Positions 19,386 to 31,481 of a DNA stretch of 64,000 nt are shown one piece after another; positions within the stretch are counted from its first letter, which is position 1, and each line of letters starts with the position of its first letter. A model generated the notes under the pieces. The model was not told the DNA's origin. It ran no database searches and was given only the letters and a program-made list of their open reading frames with translations. Both the position numbers and the translations under genes were made by a program. This DNA comes from Deltaproteobacteria bacterium. Lineage in GTDB: Bacteria; Myxococcota; UBA727; VGSZ01. Where the stretch lies: NCBI GenBank assembly GCA_016177705.1, contig JACOUT010000002.1:213604-277603 (forward strand). Direction: 5' to 3'.

Positions 19386-20837
19386 GTGCGAACCGCGATC
19401 GCCACCGGTGCCCAGCCCCTCGTACTGTCCTTGGTACCACCGCTTGTGCTGGCGCTCGCCGCCGGCTGCCCCGAGGCGCCGCCGCTGTCGCTCACCGTCG
19501 AGCCCGCCACCCTGGCGGCGGACGGCCTGACCCGCGCGGTGGTGATCGCGCGCACGCGCGATCCCATCGAGGGCGCGGTGGTGTCGTTCGCGGCGACCGG
19601 CGGTGCGCTCTCGTCCTCGACGGCGGCGCTGGTGGACGGCGAGGCCACCGTCGAGTTGGTGGCGCCGCTCGAGCGTGAGCTCGGCAGAAGCCCCGAGCGC
19701 GCCATCGCGCTGTCGGCGTTCCTCCAGCTCTCCGAGAGCGAGCGCCTCGAGGCGACCGCGGGCGTCGTCGCGCTCCCGCCGACCGACGGTCCGCCGCTGT
19801 TGTTCCTCGACGCCGAGCCGCCCGCCGCGGTGGCGGGCTCGGGCGGCGCCGTCGTGCTGCGCGTCTTGGCGCGACGGGTGGCCGCGGGAGCGTCCCTGAC
19901 CATCGACGTGCCTGGCTTTGATGCGGACGCTTCGGCAACCGTGGAAGCGGACGGCAGCGCGGTCGCCGCCCTGCAAGTGCCGGCGACCCCCGGGGACGCC
20001 ACCGTGACCGTCACGGAGCCCGCGAGCGGCGCTACGGCGCTCGTGGTCGTGCGCTTCGTCGCCGAGGGCGAACCGCTCTACGACCTGACGGGTGCCTTCG
20101 CCCAGATCGGCCCCGCGCGCGTCAAGCTGGTGTCGGGCGCGCTGGCGCCGAACCCTCAATGTGCCATCGCCCCCTCGATCATCCTGGCCACGTTCGTGCA
20201 GGCCGGCCTCGACGTGCAGGCGAGCTACCGCACCTGCGACGTCACCTTCCCGCCGGTGACCTCCATCGTCGGCACCATCACCAACCAGGCGACCGAGGCC
20301 TTCTACCAGGCCATCCCCGTCGTCGAGCAGCAGTTCGCGCTGCCGAACGGTGAGCTCGGCGCCGAGTACGCGCCGCCGCCGTCGATCGTGGTGGTGGGCG
20401 CAGCGCTCGGCGATCCGGAGCACGAGGCGTTGCCCACCGAGGCCGAGGACCCGCGCGTCGAGGACACCGACGGCGACGGGCGTCCCGGCGTCACGGTGGA
20501 GAATTCGCTCGGCGGCCTGCAGAACATCGTGTTTCGCAACATCGGCTATGCGGGCGGGCAGGTCCGGTCATCGAACCGCATCGTCGGCGACCGGCCCGGT
20601 GACCTGCTCGCCACCACCGAGACCTCGGTGTTCGGCATCGGCGGCGCCTTCTTGCCCGACACGACCGCGCTCGGCAGCGTGGTCGAGTTGGTGCGCATCG
20701 ACGGCCGCTTTGGTGCATGGGACGCCGACGTCGACGCGGACGGCGCCATCTCCTGCGCCGAGGCGAAGGACGCGGCCGCGGCGGTGGCCGAGCTGGTGGC
20801 GCCCGACACGCCCTTCGACTGCGGGGAGGAGCGATGA
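19386..20837 (+). CDS. Lipoprotein of unknown function
   Basis: …PLVLSLVPPLVLALAAGC lipobox. In-frame GTG at 19386; the longest ORF starts at 19305. Its stop overlaps the next start (ATGA). Confidence 0.5.
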   Translation: MRTAIATGAQPLVLSLVPPLVLALAAGCPEAPPLSLTVEPATLAADGLTRAVVIARTRDPIEGAVVSFAATGGALSSSTAALVDGEATVELVAPLERELGRSPERAIALSAFLQLSESERLEATAGVVALPPTDGPPLLFLDAEPPAAVAGSGGAVVLRVLARRVAAGASLTIDVPGFDADASATVEADGSAVAALQVPATPGDATVTVTEPASGATALVVVRFVAEGEPLYDLTGAFAQIGPARVKLVSGALAPNPQCAIAPSIILATFVQAGLDVQASYRTCDVTFPPVTSIVGTITNQATEAFYQAIPVVEQQFALPNGELGAEYAPPPSIVVVGAALGDPEHEALPTEAEDPRVEDTDGDGRPGVTVENSLGGLQNIVFRNIGYAGGQVRSSNRIVGDRPGDLLATTETSVFGIGGAFLPDTTALGSVVELVRIDGRFGAWDADVDADGAISCAEAKDAAAAVAELVAPDTPFDCGEER

Positions 20838-21208
20838 CGCGCGTGTCCCGCCTGCTCGACGCCAGGGCCGTGCTCGTCGCCGTCGCGCTCGTCGGCGCCA
20901 CGCTGCCGTGCGCATGCACGCCCGCGCCGCGCGCGCCCACGGTCAACCAGCCGCCGCTGCCGGTACTGGCGGTGCCGTCGAGCGCCCGCGTGGGCGAGCC
21001 GGTGCTGATCGACGGCGAGGCCAGCCACGACCCAGGCGGCGCCGTCAGCGATGCGCACCTGTTGTTCGGCGACGGCGGCGACCCGGCGACCGGACTCTCC
21101 GCCGAGCACACCTGGCAGGCGCCAGGGCTCTACCTGGTCGAGCTGTACGTCGTCGACAACGAGGGCGCCGCCGCGCGCGCGCGCGCCCGCATCCAGATCA
21201 CCCCCTGA
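20834..21208 (+). CDS. Small PKD-domain lipoprotein
   Basis: Signal with LPCAC. AEHTWQAPGLYLVELYVVDNEGA is a PKD-domain signature. Confidence 0.55.
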   Translation: MTRVSRLLDARAVLVAVALVGATLPCACTPAPRAPTVNQPPLPVLAVPSSARVGEPVLIDGEASHDPGGAVSDAHLLFGDGGDPATGLSAEHTWQAPGLYLVELYVVDNEGAAARARARIQITP

Positions 21209-21217
21209 CGAGGCACC

Positions 21218-22768
<1,551 letters not shown>

Positions 22769-22785
22769 CTGGCGGCCTCGACCTT

Positions 22786-25452
22786 TCAGCCCGTGACGGG
22801 GGCGAGGGCGACCGCCGTCACCTTGTACTCGGGCGTGTGCACCGAGGTGTCGCGCACGTCGCCGGTCAGGTCGTTCACCCGCGCCTTGACGTCGTGGAAG
22901 GTGGTGAAGAGCTCGCCCGGTTGCACCTCGGTGGTCAGGCGCGCGGGCAGCTCGACCTCGCCGCGCACGCTGGTGACGCGCACGCGCGCGCCGTCGTCGA
23001 TGCCGAGGCGACCGGCGTCCACCGGGTGGATGTCGAGCACGTCGGTGGGACGCAGCTCGAGGTTCTTGGTGCGGCCGGTCATGGTGCCCGCGTTGAAGGC
23101 GTGCAGCGTGCGCCCGGTGACGAGTAGGAACGGGAAGCGCTCGCTGACGCGCTCGGGTGTCTCGACGAAGCGCTCGAAGGCGAGCTTGGTGGTCTTGCCC
23201 ATCGAGAACGTCTCGCCGTGCAGCAGCGTGCTGCCCGGGTGGCTCTCGTCGGGGCAGGGCCACTGCAGGCCGTGCTGCTCGAGCCGGCGATACGCCATGC
23301 CCTGCCCCGCCGGCCAGGCGACGCGGATCTCGTCCCAGATTTGCTCCACGTTGGTCCACGCGAACTGCGCGCCGTGGCCGAGCGCGCGCGCCAGGTCCGC
23401 GAGCGGCACCCAGTCAGGCTTGCAGTCGGGCGAGGGCGGCGCCACCGCGGCGCGCACGCGCGAGACGCGCCGCTCGGCGTTCATGAAGGTGCCGTCCTTC
23501 TCGAACGAGGCCGCCGCCGGGATGACGACGTGCGCGGCCTCGGCGGCCGTCTCGTTGACGAACAGGTCCTGCACGACCAACAGCTCGAGCTTCTTGAGCG
23601 CCGCGATGGTCGCCTGGCGGTGCGGGTTGGTCTGCGCGACGTCGTAGCCCATGCACCACAGGGCGCGCAGCGAGCCGGCCGCGGCGTCGTCGAGCATCTG
23701 CATCAAGTCGCGGCCGGGCGCGCTCGGCAGCGTCGCTCCCCAGAGCGCCTCGTGCGCCGCCTTGCCTTTGGCGATAGGCAGGTAGCCGGTGAGCCGGCTC
23801 GGCTCGCAGCCCATGTGCGCCGAACCCTGCACGTTGTTCTGGCCGCGCAGCGGGTTCACGCCCGAGCCGGGCTTGCCCACGTTGCCGGTGAGCACGGCGA
23901 GGTCGGAGAGCGCGGCCACGCCGTCGCTGCCCTGGCGGTGCTCGGTGACACCAAGGCCGTGCACGATCAGGCCGGGCTTGCTGGTGGCGTACAGCCGCGC
24001 CGCGGCCACGATCTGCGCTGCCGGCACGTGGCAGATGGCCGACACGCGCTCGGGGGTGGCTTCGGCGAGCGCGGCGCGGAAGGCGCCGAGGTCGACGACG
24101 CGCTCCTGCAGGAAGGCCTCGTCGGCGAGCCCGTCCCGCAGGATGACGTGCGCCATCGCCTGCAAGAGCGCGACGTTGGTGCCGGGCTTGGTGGCGAGGT
24201 GGATGGTCGCCTCGGCTGCCAGCTCGATGCGGCGCGGATCGATGACGATGAGCGCGGCGCCCCTGCGCGCCGCCTGGCGGATGCGCGCGCCCACCACCGG
24301 GTGGTTCTCGGTGGCGTTGGCGCCGCACACCAAGATGGTGCGGGCCTGCTCGAGGTCGTCGTAGGAGCTGGTGGCGGCGCCGGTGCCGAACAGGCCCGCC
24401 ATGGCATACGCCGTGGGCGCGTGGCAGACGCGCGCGCAGCAATCGACGTTGTTGGTGCCGAGCGCCACGCGCGCGAACTTCTGCGCGACGTAGTTCTCCT
24501 CGTTGGTCGAGCGGCTCGAGCCGAGCACGCCCACCGCCGTCGGGCCGTGCTTGGCCAGGATGTTCTGCAAACGGCCGGCGACGAAGCCGATGGCCTCGTC
24601 CCAGGACGTGGGCACCAGCACGCCGTCCTTCCTGATCAGCGGTCGCGTCACCCGGTCGGACGCGTCGAGGAAGCCCCAGGCGTAGCGGCCTTTCACGCAG
24701 GTGTGGCCCTTGTTCACCGGCGAGTCCATCGCCGGCAGGATCTGCGTGATGCGTCCGCCCTTCACGCCGACCTCGAGCTCGCAGCCGACGCCGCAGTACG
24801 GGCAGGTGGTGCGCGTGAATCGCTCGGGCACGCCGAGGCGCAGCACGGTCTTGTCGTCAATGGCGCCGCTCGGGCAGGTGGACGCGCAGGCGCCGCACGA
24901 GACGCAGGGGCTGTCCTTGAGGCTGGTACCACCGGGCGTCGACAGCACCGTGGCCGCGCCACGCCCCACCGACGTCCAGACGTTTTGTCCCTGCACCTCG
25001 TCGCAGATGCGCTCGCAGCGGTAGCAGGTGACGCACTGGTTCATGTCGACGTGCAAGTAAGGGTGGCTATCGTCGCTGGCGAAGGAGCGGGCGCCCTTCG
25101 CGACCACACCGTGCGACGCGAGCAACCGGTGAAACGGCTTGTCGGGGCGCGCGGCGGGCGCGTCCGCCGGGTAGTCGGCCGCGAGCATCTCGAGCAGCGC
25201 GCGCCGCTCGGCCACCAGCGCGGGCGTGGCGGTCGCCACCACCGCGCCGTCCTTGGCGGGCGTGGCGCACGACGCCACCGGCACCGGCGAGCCCTGCACC
25301 TCCACCAAGCACATGCGGCAGGCGCCGATCGGCTTGATGCGTTCGTCATGACAGAGCGTGGGGACGTCTTTGCCGGCGCGTCGGCACGCTTCCAACAGCG
25401 TGGTGCCCGGCGTGACTTCCACGGCGACGCCGTCGATGGTGAGCTTGGGCAT
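22786..25452 (-). CDS. Formate dehydrogenase alpha subunit (Cys-type; fused N-terminal 2Fe-2S/4Fe-4S domains plus molybdopterin domain)
   Basis: N-terminal ferredoxin-like Cys clusters, CPYCGVGC Mo-bisPGD domain start, and CCARVCHAPT active site with Cys in place of Sec. GGAGG ribosome-binding site. The start overlaps the focA stop. Confidence 0.85.
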   Translation of the reverse strand: MPKLTIDGVAVEVTPGTTLLEACRRAGKDVPTLCHDERIKPIGACRMCLVEVQGSPVPVASCATPAKDGAVVATATPALVAERRALLEMLAADYPADAPAARPDKPFHRLLASHGVVAKGARSFASDDSHPYLHVDMNQCVTCYRCERICDEVQGQNVWTSVGRGAATVLSTPGGTSLKDSPCVSCGACASTCPSGAIDDKTVLRLGVPERFTRTTCPYCGVGCELEVGVKGGRITQILPAMDSPVNKGHTCVKGRYAWGFLDASDRVTRPLIRKDGVLVPTSWDEAIGFVAGRLQNILAKHGPTAVGVLGSSRSTNEENYVAQKFARVALGTNNVDCCARVCHAPTAYAMAGLFGTGAATSSYDDLEQARTILVCGANATENHPVVGARIRQAARRGAALIVIDPRRIELAAEATIHLATKPGTNVALLQAMAHVILRDGLADEAFLQERVVDLGAFRAALAEATPERVSAICHVPAAQIVAAARLYATSKPGLIVHGLGVTEHRQGSDGVAALSDLAVLTGNVGKPGSGVNPLRGQNNVQGSAHMGCEPSRLTGYLPIAKGKAAHEALWGATLPSAPGRDLMQMLDDAAAGSLRALWCMGYDVAQTNPHRQATIAALKKLELLVVQDLFVNETAAEAAHVVIPAAASFEKDGTFMNAERRVSRVRAAVAPPSPDCKPDWVPLADLARALGHGAQFAWTNVEQIWDEIRVAWPAGQGMAYRRLEQHGLQWPCPDESHPGSTLLHGETFSMGKTTKLAFERFVETPERVSERFPFLLVTGRTLHAFNAGTMTGRTKNLELRPTDVLDIHPVDAGRLGIDDGARVRVTSVRGEVELPARLTTEVQPGELFTTFHDVKARVNDLTGDVRDTSVHTPEYKVTAVALAPVTG

Positions 25453-26285
25453 CACGACCTCCGCAGGTAGATGGTCCAGTACGTGGCGCCGACCAAGAGG
25501 CCGCCGCCCACCATGTTGCCGAGCGTCACCGGCACCAGGTTCATCGCCATGCGGCCGACGGTGAGCCAGTCGGGCACGCCGTCGAGCGAGGCCGCTTGCT
25601 GCACGGTCGGCTCGTGCGCGGCGAACAACGCCACCGGCAACAGATACAGGTTGGCGACGTTGTGCTCGAAGCCGGTGGTGACGAAGGCGGCGATGGGCGG
25701 CACCACCGCGACCACGCGGTCGACCGTGGTGCGCGCCGAAAACGCCATCCACACCGCGAGGCACACCAGCACGTTGCACAAGACGCCGAGCACGAAGGCC
25801 TCGACGAAGCTCTCGTGCATCTTCAGCTTGGCGATGGCGATGGCCTGCGCGCCCACGGCGCCGCCGAGCAGCTTCGGCTGCCCCGACAGCACGATCAGCG
25901 CGACCATGCCGAAGGCACCGACACTGTTGCCGAGGAAGACCAACGCCCAATTGCGCGCCAGCGACGCCGTGGTGATGCGCCGGCTCGCCCATGCCATGGT
26001 GAGCAGGTTGTTGCCGGTGAACAGCTCGGCGCCGCCGATGACGACGAGCACCAAGCCGAGCGAGAACGCCACGCCGCCGAACAGGCGCACCACGCCGGGC
26101 GGCCAGGAGCTTTGCGCCGCCCCCGCCGTCACCGTGGTCATAAAGCAGGCGCCGAGCGCGATGAAGGTGCCGGCGAGCACACCGAGCGCCACCGCGCGGC
26201 CGGCGTCGAGCGAGGCCTTCTTGACCCCCACGTCTTCGGCCTTCTTGGCCATCTCGGGGGGGACGAGCGCGTCGATGCCTTCCAT
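25452..26285 (-). CDS. focA: Formate/nitrite transporter (FNT family, FocA-like)
   Basis: Six TM helices and FNT signatures (…AELFTGNNL…, …GFEHNVANLY…). Confidence 0.8.
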   Translation of the reverse strand: MEGIDALVPPEMAKKAEDVGVKKASLDAGRAVALGVLAGTFIALGACFMTTVTAGAAQSSWPPGVVRLFGGVAFSLGLVLVVIGGAELFTGNNLLTMAWASRRITTASLARNWALVFLGNSVGAFGMVALIVLSGQPKLLGGAVGAQAIAIAKLKMHESFVEAFVLGVLCNVLVCLAVWMAFSARTTVDRVVAVVPPIAAFVTTGFEHNVANLYLLPVALFAAHEPTVQQAASLDGVPDWLTVGRMAMNLVPVTLGNMVGGGLLVGATYWTIYLRRS

Positions 26286-26330
26286 GCACCGCGCAGACTA
26301 GCGTCTCCCCATGATCGTTACAGGCAGTTG

Positions 26331-27923
26331 TTAGAGGCAGTTGTTGCCGATGCTGTCGTCCTGCCAACCGCAGCTCTCGCATTGCGCGGTGCGCACCGTG
26401 TCGTCGGCGCACCAGATCAGCGTGTCGCCGTCGCAGCGGCCAAGCCAGGTCTCGCCGTTGCAGGGGTCCTCGGGCGGCGCCGCCAGGCAGTTGTTGCCGA
26501 CGTCGTCGTCCTGCCAGCCGCACACCTGCCCGGTGACGGCGCAGTCATAGCTGCGCAGCACCTCGGCGTCGCACCAGACGAGGTCGGTGCCGTCGCACAC
26601 GCCCGCGTAGTCGATGCCCTGGCAAGGATCGTCGGCCGGCGGTGGCTCGGGATCCTGCTGCTCCGGTGGATCCTGCTGTGGCGGTGGCTCCTGGGGCGGT
26701 GGGGTCGGCTCGTCGCCGGCCAGGCAGTTGTTGCCGACGGTGTCGTCCTGCCAGCCGCACACCTGCCCGGAGGCGCCACAGTCGACGCTCCGGAGCGCGC
26801 CGTTCTCGCACCAGCGGAGCTGTGCGCCGTCGCAGGCGCCGAAGTAGTCGAGGCCGTCACAGGCGTCGACCGTCGACGGCGGCGGCGGCGGCGAGCTGCC
26901 GTCCACCGGACCCTGCACCAAGGACATGAAGTAGTCCCAGTCCCAATGCCGCCCCGGATCGGAGTGGTCGTTGCCGGGCACCTCGACGTGGCCGACGATG
27001 TGCTGACGATCGATGGGGATGCCCCAGCGATCGCAGATGTCGCGCACCAAGCGCGCCGACGAGCGGTACATGGCCTCGGTGAACCAGGCGGGGTTCGACG
27101 AGATGGCCTCGTGCTCGATGCCGACCGCGCGCGAGTTCCAGTCGCGTGCGTGGTAGGCGGTGTCGGCCTCGCGCACCATCTGCGTGATCTCGCCGTCGCT
27201 CGAACGAATCACGTAGTGCGCGCTGGTCTGGTAGGGGTTTTCGGCCGAGCGGAACCACGAGATGGCGCCGTCGTAGCTGCCCTCGGTGGTGTGGATGACC
27301 ACGCGATCGACGGCGCGCGAGCGGCCGGAGTGCCAGTGGCCGCTGCGCGCCGGCAGGTAGCGCGCGACCAGCTCGCTGTCCGCGCCCGCCACCAGCGCCT
27401 GCGCTTTGGCCGAGCCGCGCTTGCCCCGCCCCTCGATGACCAAGACCTCGCCGGTGTAGGCGGGGGCGCGCACGCCGTCCTGCGCGGCCGACAGCACCGC
27501 GTTGGCGAACAGCTCGCCGGCCTCGAGGTCGTCGCCGGCCGCGTACCTGGCGAGCGCGCCGCGCCACGACGAGAGGCCATCGCCCTTCTCGTCGGGCGCG
27601 CGCAGCGACGCCAGCAGGCGGGCCGCGGCGTCGATGTGCGCGATCGGGTCGTCCGCCACCTCGGTGCCTGCGGGCAGACCGAGCAGGCCGACGCGCGCGG
27701 GGGCGTGCTCACCGTCAGCGTCCTGTTCCTGCTCCGTCGGCCGCTGGAAGCGCGTCTGCACCCACGCGGTCGCCACCAGCAGGTCGCGCGGCACGCCGGC
27801 CTGCTGGGCCGACTCGCGAAAGGCCGTCGCGAGCGGGCCCTCGGGCTCGGTGGTCTCGACCGTGTTGCTGCATGCCGTACCGGTGAGCAGGACCCCCGAA
27901 GCGATCAGCAGCAACGCGCGCAT
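26331..27923 (-). CDS. N-acetylmuramoyl-L-alanine amidase (Amidase_2/PGRP) lipoprotein with three C-terminal Cys-rich repeats
   Basis: GGAGG ribosome-binding site 6 nt before the ATG. Signal MRALLLIASGVLLTGTAC. Amidase_2 core (VDRVVIHTTEG…HY…HARDWNSRAVGIEHE). Three roughly 45-aa repeats ending GQVCGWQDDxVGNNCL. Confidence 0.7.
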   Translation of the reverse strand: MRALLLIASGVLLTGTACSNTVETTEPEGPLATAFRESAQQAGVPRDLLVATAWVQTRFQRPTEQEQDADGEHAPARVGLLGLPAGTEVADDPIAHIDAAARLLASLRAPDEKGDGLSSWRGALARYAAGDDLEAGELFANAVLSAAQDGVRAPAYTGEVLVIEGRGKRGSAKAQALVAGADSELVARYLPARSGHWHSGRSRAVDRVVIHTTEGSYDGAISWFRSAENPYQTSAHYVIRSSDGEITQMVREADTAYHARDWNSRAVGIEHEAISSNPAWFTEAMYRSSARLVRDICDRWGIPIDRQHIVGHVEVPGNDHSDPGRHWDWDYFMSLVQGPVDGSSPPPPPSTVDACDGLDYFGACDGAQLRWCENGALRSVDCGASGQVCGWQDDTVGNNCLAGDEPTPPPQEPPPQQDPPEQQDPEPPPADDPCQGIDYAGVCDGTDLVWCDAEVLRSYDCAVTGQVCGWQDDDVGNNCLAAPPEDPCNGETWLGRCDGDTLIWCADDTVRTAQCESCGWQDDSIGNNCL

Positions 27924-27954
27924 CCACACCTCCATCTGTCTGAACGGTACGAGG

Positions 27955-28776
27955 ATGTGCGCGACGCCCGGAATCCGCCCGAGCGCGGTCGGGCGATCAC
28001 CCAGGTCATCCGCCTGTCGACGGAGCTGCGGCGGCGCCGGCGACGGTCGCGGCCTGCCGCGGGGCGCCCCCTGGACGGCGCCGGCGCCGTGTGCGGCACT
28101 CGGCCCATGGACGAGCGGCGGCGCCTCGACGAGACGCGCGCTCGCCTTCGCTCGGCAGCTCGCGGACGACAGCGGCCTGCACGCGACCTTCCACCAGGCG
28201 GACATCAAGGCCTTTCTCGCCGGCGAGCTCGAGCCGCAGCCGTTCGACGTCGCCTTCGGCAGCTACGGCTGCCTACCGTGGATCGACGATCTGCCGGGCT
28301 TCTTCTCAGCGTTGCGCGCGCGCTTGGCGCCGGGCGGGCGCGTCGTCGTCGTCGAGATCCACCCGCTCGCCTGGTCGTTCGACGCGCGCTTCCAGCTCGC
28401 CGATCCCTACTTCGCGCCCGGGCGGCTGTTCTCGCAGCCCGTCGGCGACTACGTCGGCGCGGCTGCTGGCGCCCTGTCGCCCTCCGGCCACCTGCCGGGC
28501 GCCGCGCCCGACAACCCGCACCCGGCGCACGCGTTCCAGCACACGGTGGCGGACATCGTCACCGCGCTGCTCGACGCCGGCCTGGAGCTCGAGGCGCTGC
28601 GCGAGTGGCCGTACGTCAACGGCTGCCGCGTGCACGACGGGCTCGTGCCCCTCGAGGGCCGGCGCTTCACCACGCCGCCGGGCGTGCCGTCGTTGCCGCT
28701 GATGCTCGGCCTGGCTGCACGCAGCAGCGGACGCCCCGCGGTCAGTCGACCTGGATACGCGCCACCTCGTTCTTGA
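27955..28776 (+). pseudogene. Class I SAM-dependent methyltransferase, probably frameshifted at the 5' end
   Basis: The C-terminal half is clearly methyltransferase-like (FDVAFGSYGCLPWIDDLPGFFSALRARLAPGGRVVVVEIHP). A possible Gly-rich motif I (LDGAGAVCG) lies about 60 codons upstream but in a different frame (near 28063). Confidence 0.35.
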
Positions 28777-29536
28777 AGGTGAAGACATCCAAGTCGAGTC
28801 CCTCCAGCGCCAACTGCTGGGTCTCGACGCCACCGAAGTAGATGTTGGAGCTGAGCAGCAAATGGGAGGCGACCAAGTGCTCCAGCACGGTCGTCGGCAC
28901 GGTGGCGGCGCCGTCGGCGGCGGGCCAGGTGCACCAGATCCAGCGCTGTTTCCGCATGTCGTTCAGGGCGTCGAACTGCAGGAATAGCAGCAGCACCTCG
29001 CCATCGGTGGCGGTCCACTCCAGCTCGAGCGGCACCGAGCGATCCAGGTGCATCTCGTTCGCCGACAGCGCGGCGAGATCATGGGAGGTGAGCACGACCT
29101 GCTGCGGCATGGTGGCCTCAACCTCGAAGCCGGGCGCCTCGTCGCCCTCAGCAGTAACCCTGATGCTGTCGCCGCTATCCCACGCCAGGGTTCCGTCGGG
29201 CGCGCCCCAGCCGATGCCCTGCGAGTCCTCGGTCCAGGTCTCCTCCTCCTTGCCGTTGACGCTCATGCGAATGGTGCCGAACGAGGGCGGCCTGAAGGAC
29301 GAGTCGTCCCAGTTGCCATGTTGCACGCGGCAGCTCTCGTCGACGTCGAGCCAACTCGGCAGACGATCGTCGACGTGGAACGTGACGAGCCCCGTCATGG
29401 TGACCTCTCGGGCAGGATCCGTTCGATGCCAGCGCTCGAGCGCGAGGATGGAGTGGAACGGACCGGTGGAGGGCTCCTTGTCGCAGCCAAGCGTCAGGAA
29501 GGCAGCAAGCAGGGCGAGCAGCGTGAGCGTCTTCAT
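28742..29536 (-). CDS. Lipoprotein of unknown function
   Basis: MKTLTLLALLAAFLTLGC lipobox. GGGGG-rich ribosome-binding site. Lower GC than the flanks. Confidence 0.5.
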   Translation of the reverse strand: MKTLTLLALLAAFLTLGCDKEPSTGPFHSILALERWHRTDPAREVTMTGLVTFHVDDRLPSWLDVDESCRVQHGNWDDSSFRPPSFGTIRMSVNGKEEETWTEDSQGIGWGAPDGTLAWDSGDSIRVTAEGDEAPGFEVEATMPQQVVLTSHDLAALSANEMHLDRSVPLELEWTATDGEVLLLFLQFDALNDMRKQRWIWCTWPAADGAATVPTTVLEHLVASHLLLSSNIYFGGVETQQLALEGLDLDVFTFKNEVARIQVD

Positions 29537-29824
29537 TGCCGTACCCCCTGGCAAACGCGTCGAGCGGCCACGGCGGGTGGCCGTCACGTCCGCAAGTGCG
29601 TCATCGAGCCCACGCGCAAGCAGCAAATATGCCAGCGGACGCGACGCGCTCCTGCTTCGTCAACAACGCCTCGACGGCGCCGTAGCGGAAAGCGCCTGTG
29701 GCGCCAAGAGCAGCGAGTGGTCATTCCGGCACACGGCCGCTGAAGAAGCACTCGGAGGGAGGCGTCACCCAGCGGGCGCTGTCGCGGTCGCACAAGGGAC
29801 GGTTGCAGCAACTCAGACGGGCTC

Positions 29825-30694
<870 letters not shown>

Positions 30695-30767
30695 GGCAGC
30701 ATCACTGTAGCCGGTCGACGTCGCGACGGTCGATCAACGCCGCGCGCGCGGCATCGACGAGACACCG

Positions 30768-31412
30768 TCAGCGCGGCACCGGCAGGTAGCCGAGATCGTG
30801 CAGCCGCTCGTCGTCCGCGAGGCCCGCCGGCGTGACGATGCGCTGCTCGACCACCACCGCGAGGCACGCGCGCGCGTCCGCGAGGCCGCGGCATGCCGGG
30901 TGGCGCCGCCAACGCTTCGCGAACAGCGCGCGCACCGGCGGCGCCTGCACGTCGAGGTCGCCCACCTGCTGCGCCACGCCGAGCGGCAGCCCGGCGCGCC
31001 GCCACGCCTCGACCAACAGCTCGCTGCAGTACAGCTCGTCAGCGCCCTCGGCGAAGGCGCCGTCATACGGCGTGCCGACGAGCGCGAGCACCTCGCGCTG
31101 CACCCGCGCGCGCAGCTCGTCGTCGTCGAGGCGGGCGTCGCGCAGCACCGTGCTCGACGAGCGCCCGCGGCGCAGGAACTCCGCGAGCGGCGTCCGTCGC
31201 GCGCGCCCAGCCGCTTCGACCACCCAGACCGCGTCACCCTCGCGCACCACCACGCCGACGTGCGTGAAGCTCGAGCGCGTCGCCACCGCGACCGCCAGCG
31301 CCTGGGCAGAGGAGCTCGTGTGCAGCAGCAGGTCGCCGGTGCGCAGCTCATCGGCGTCGACGGTGGGGACGGCGGCGGCCGCGAGCAGCAGGGCGAAGGC
31401 AGGCAGGTGCAT
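30768..31412 (-). CDS. Secreted protein, possibly a permuted-papain/NlpC-P60-like (YiiX-like) hydrolase
   Basis: Signal MHLPAFALLLAAAAVP. GDLLLHTSSSAQALAVAVATRSSFTHVGVVV…VWVVEA pattern. Confidence 0.35.
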   Translation of the reverse strand: MHLPAFALLLAAAAVPTVDADELRTGDLLLHTSSSAQALAVAVATRSSFTHVGVVVREGDAVWVVEAAGRARRTPLAEFLRRGRSSSTVLRDARLDDDELRARVQREVLALVGTPYDGAFAEGADELYCSELLVEAWRRAGLPLGVAQQVGDLDVQAPPVRALFAKRWRRHPACRGLADARACLAVVVEQRIVTPAGLADDERLHDLGYLPVPR

Positions 31413-31481
31413 GGTTCAAGCGCAACCAGGCGCGCTGCGCGGCCATTTCCGCCGGCCGGGTACTCGCGCTACAGCGACGTG

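Noticed and set aside
25596-28841. 1081-aa plus-strand ORF
   Set aside because: It spans antisense of focA and the amidase gene. Only the motif-I-like stretch near 28063 may be real, as part of the disrupted methyltransferase.
29555-29580. Hairpin CGGCCAC-ggcgg-GTGGCCG in the 29537-29824 intergenic region
   Set aside because: A 7-bp perfect stem, but no downstream T-run. It is too far (about 250 nt) from the upstream gene to call an intrinsic terminator confidently.
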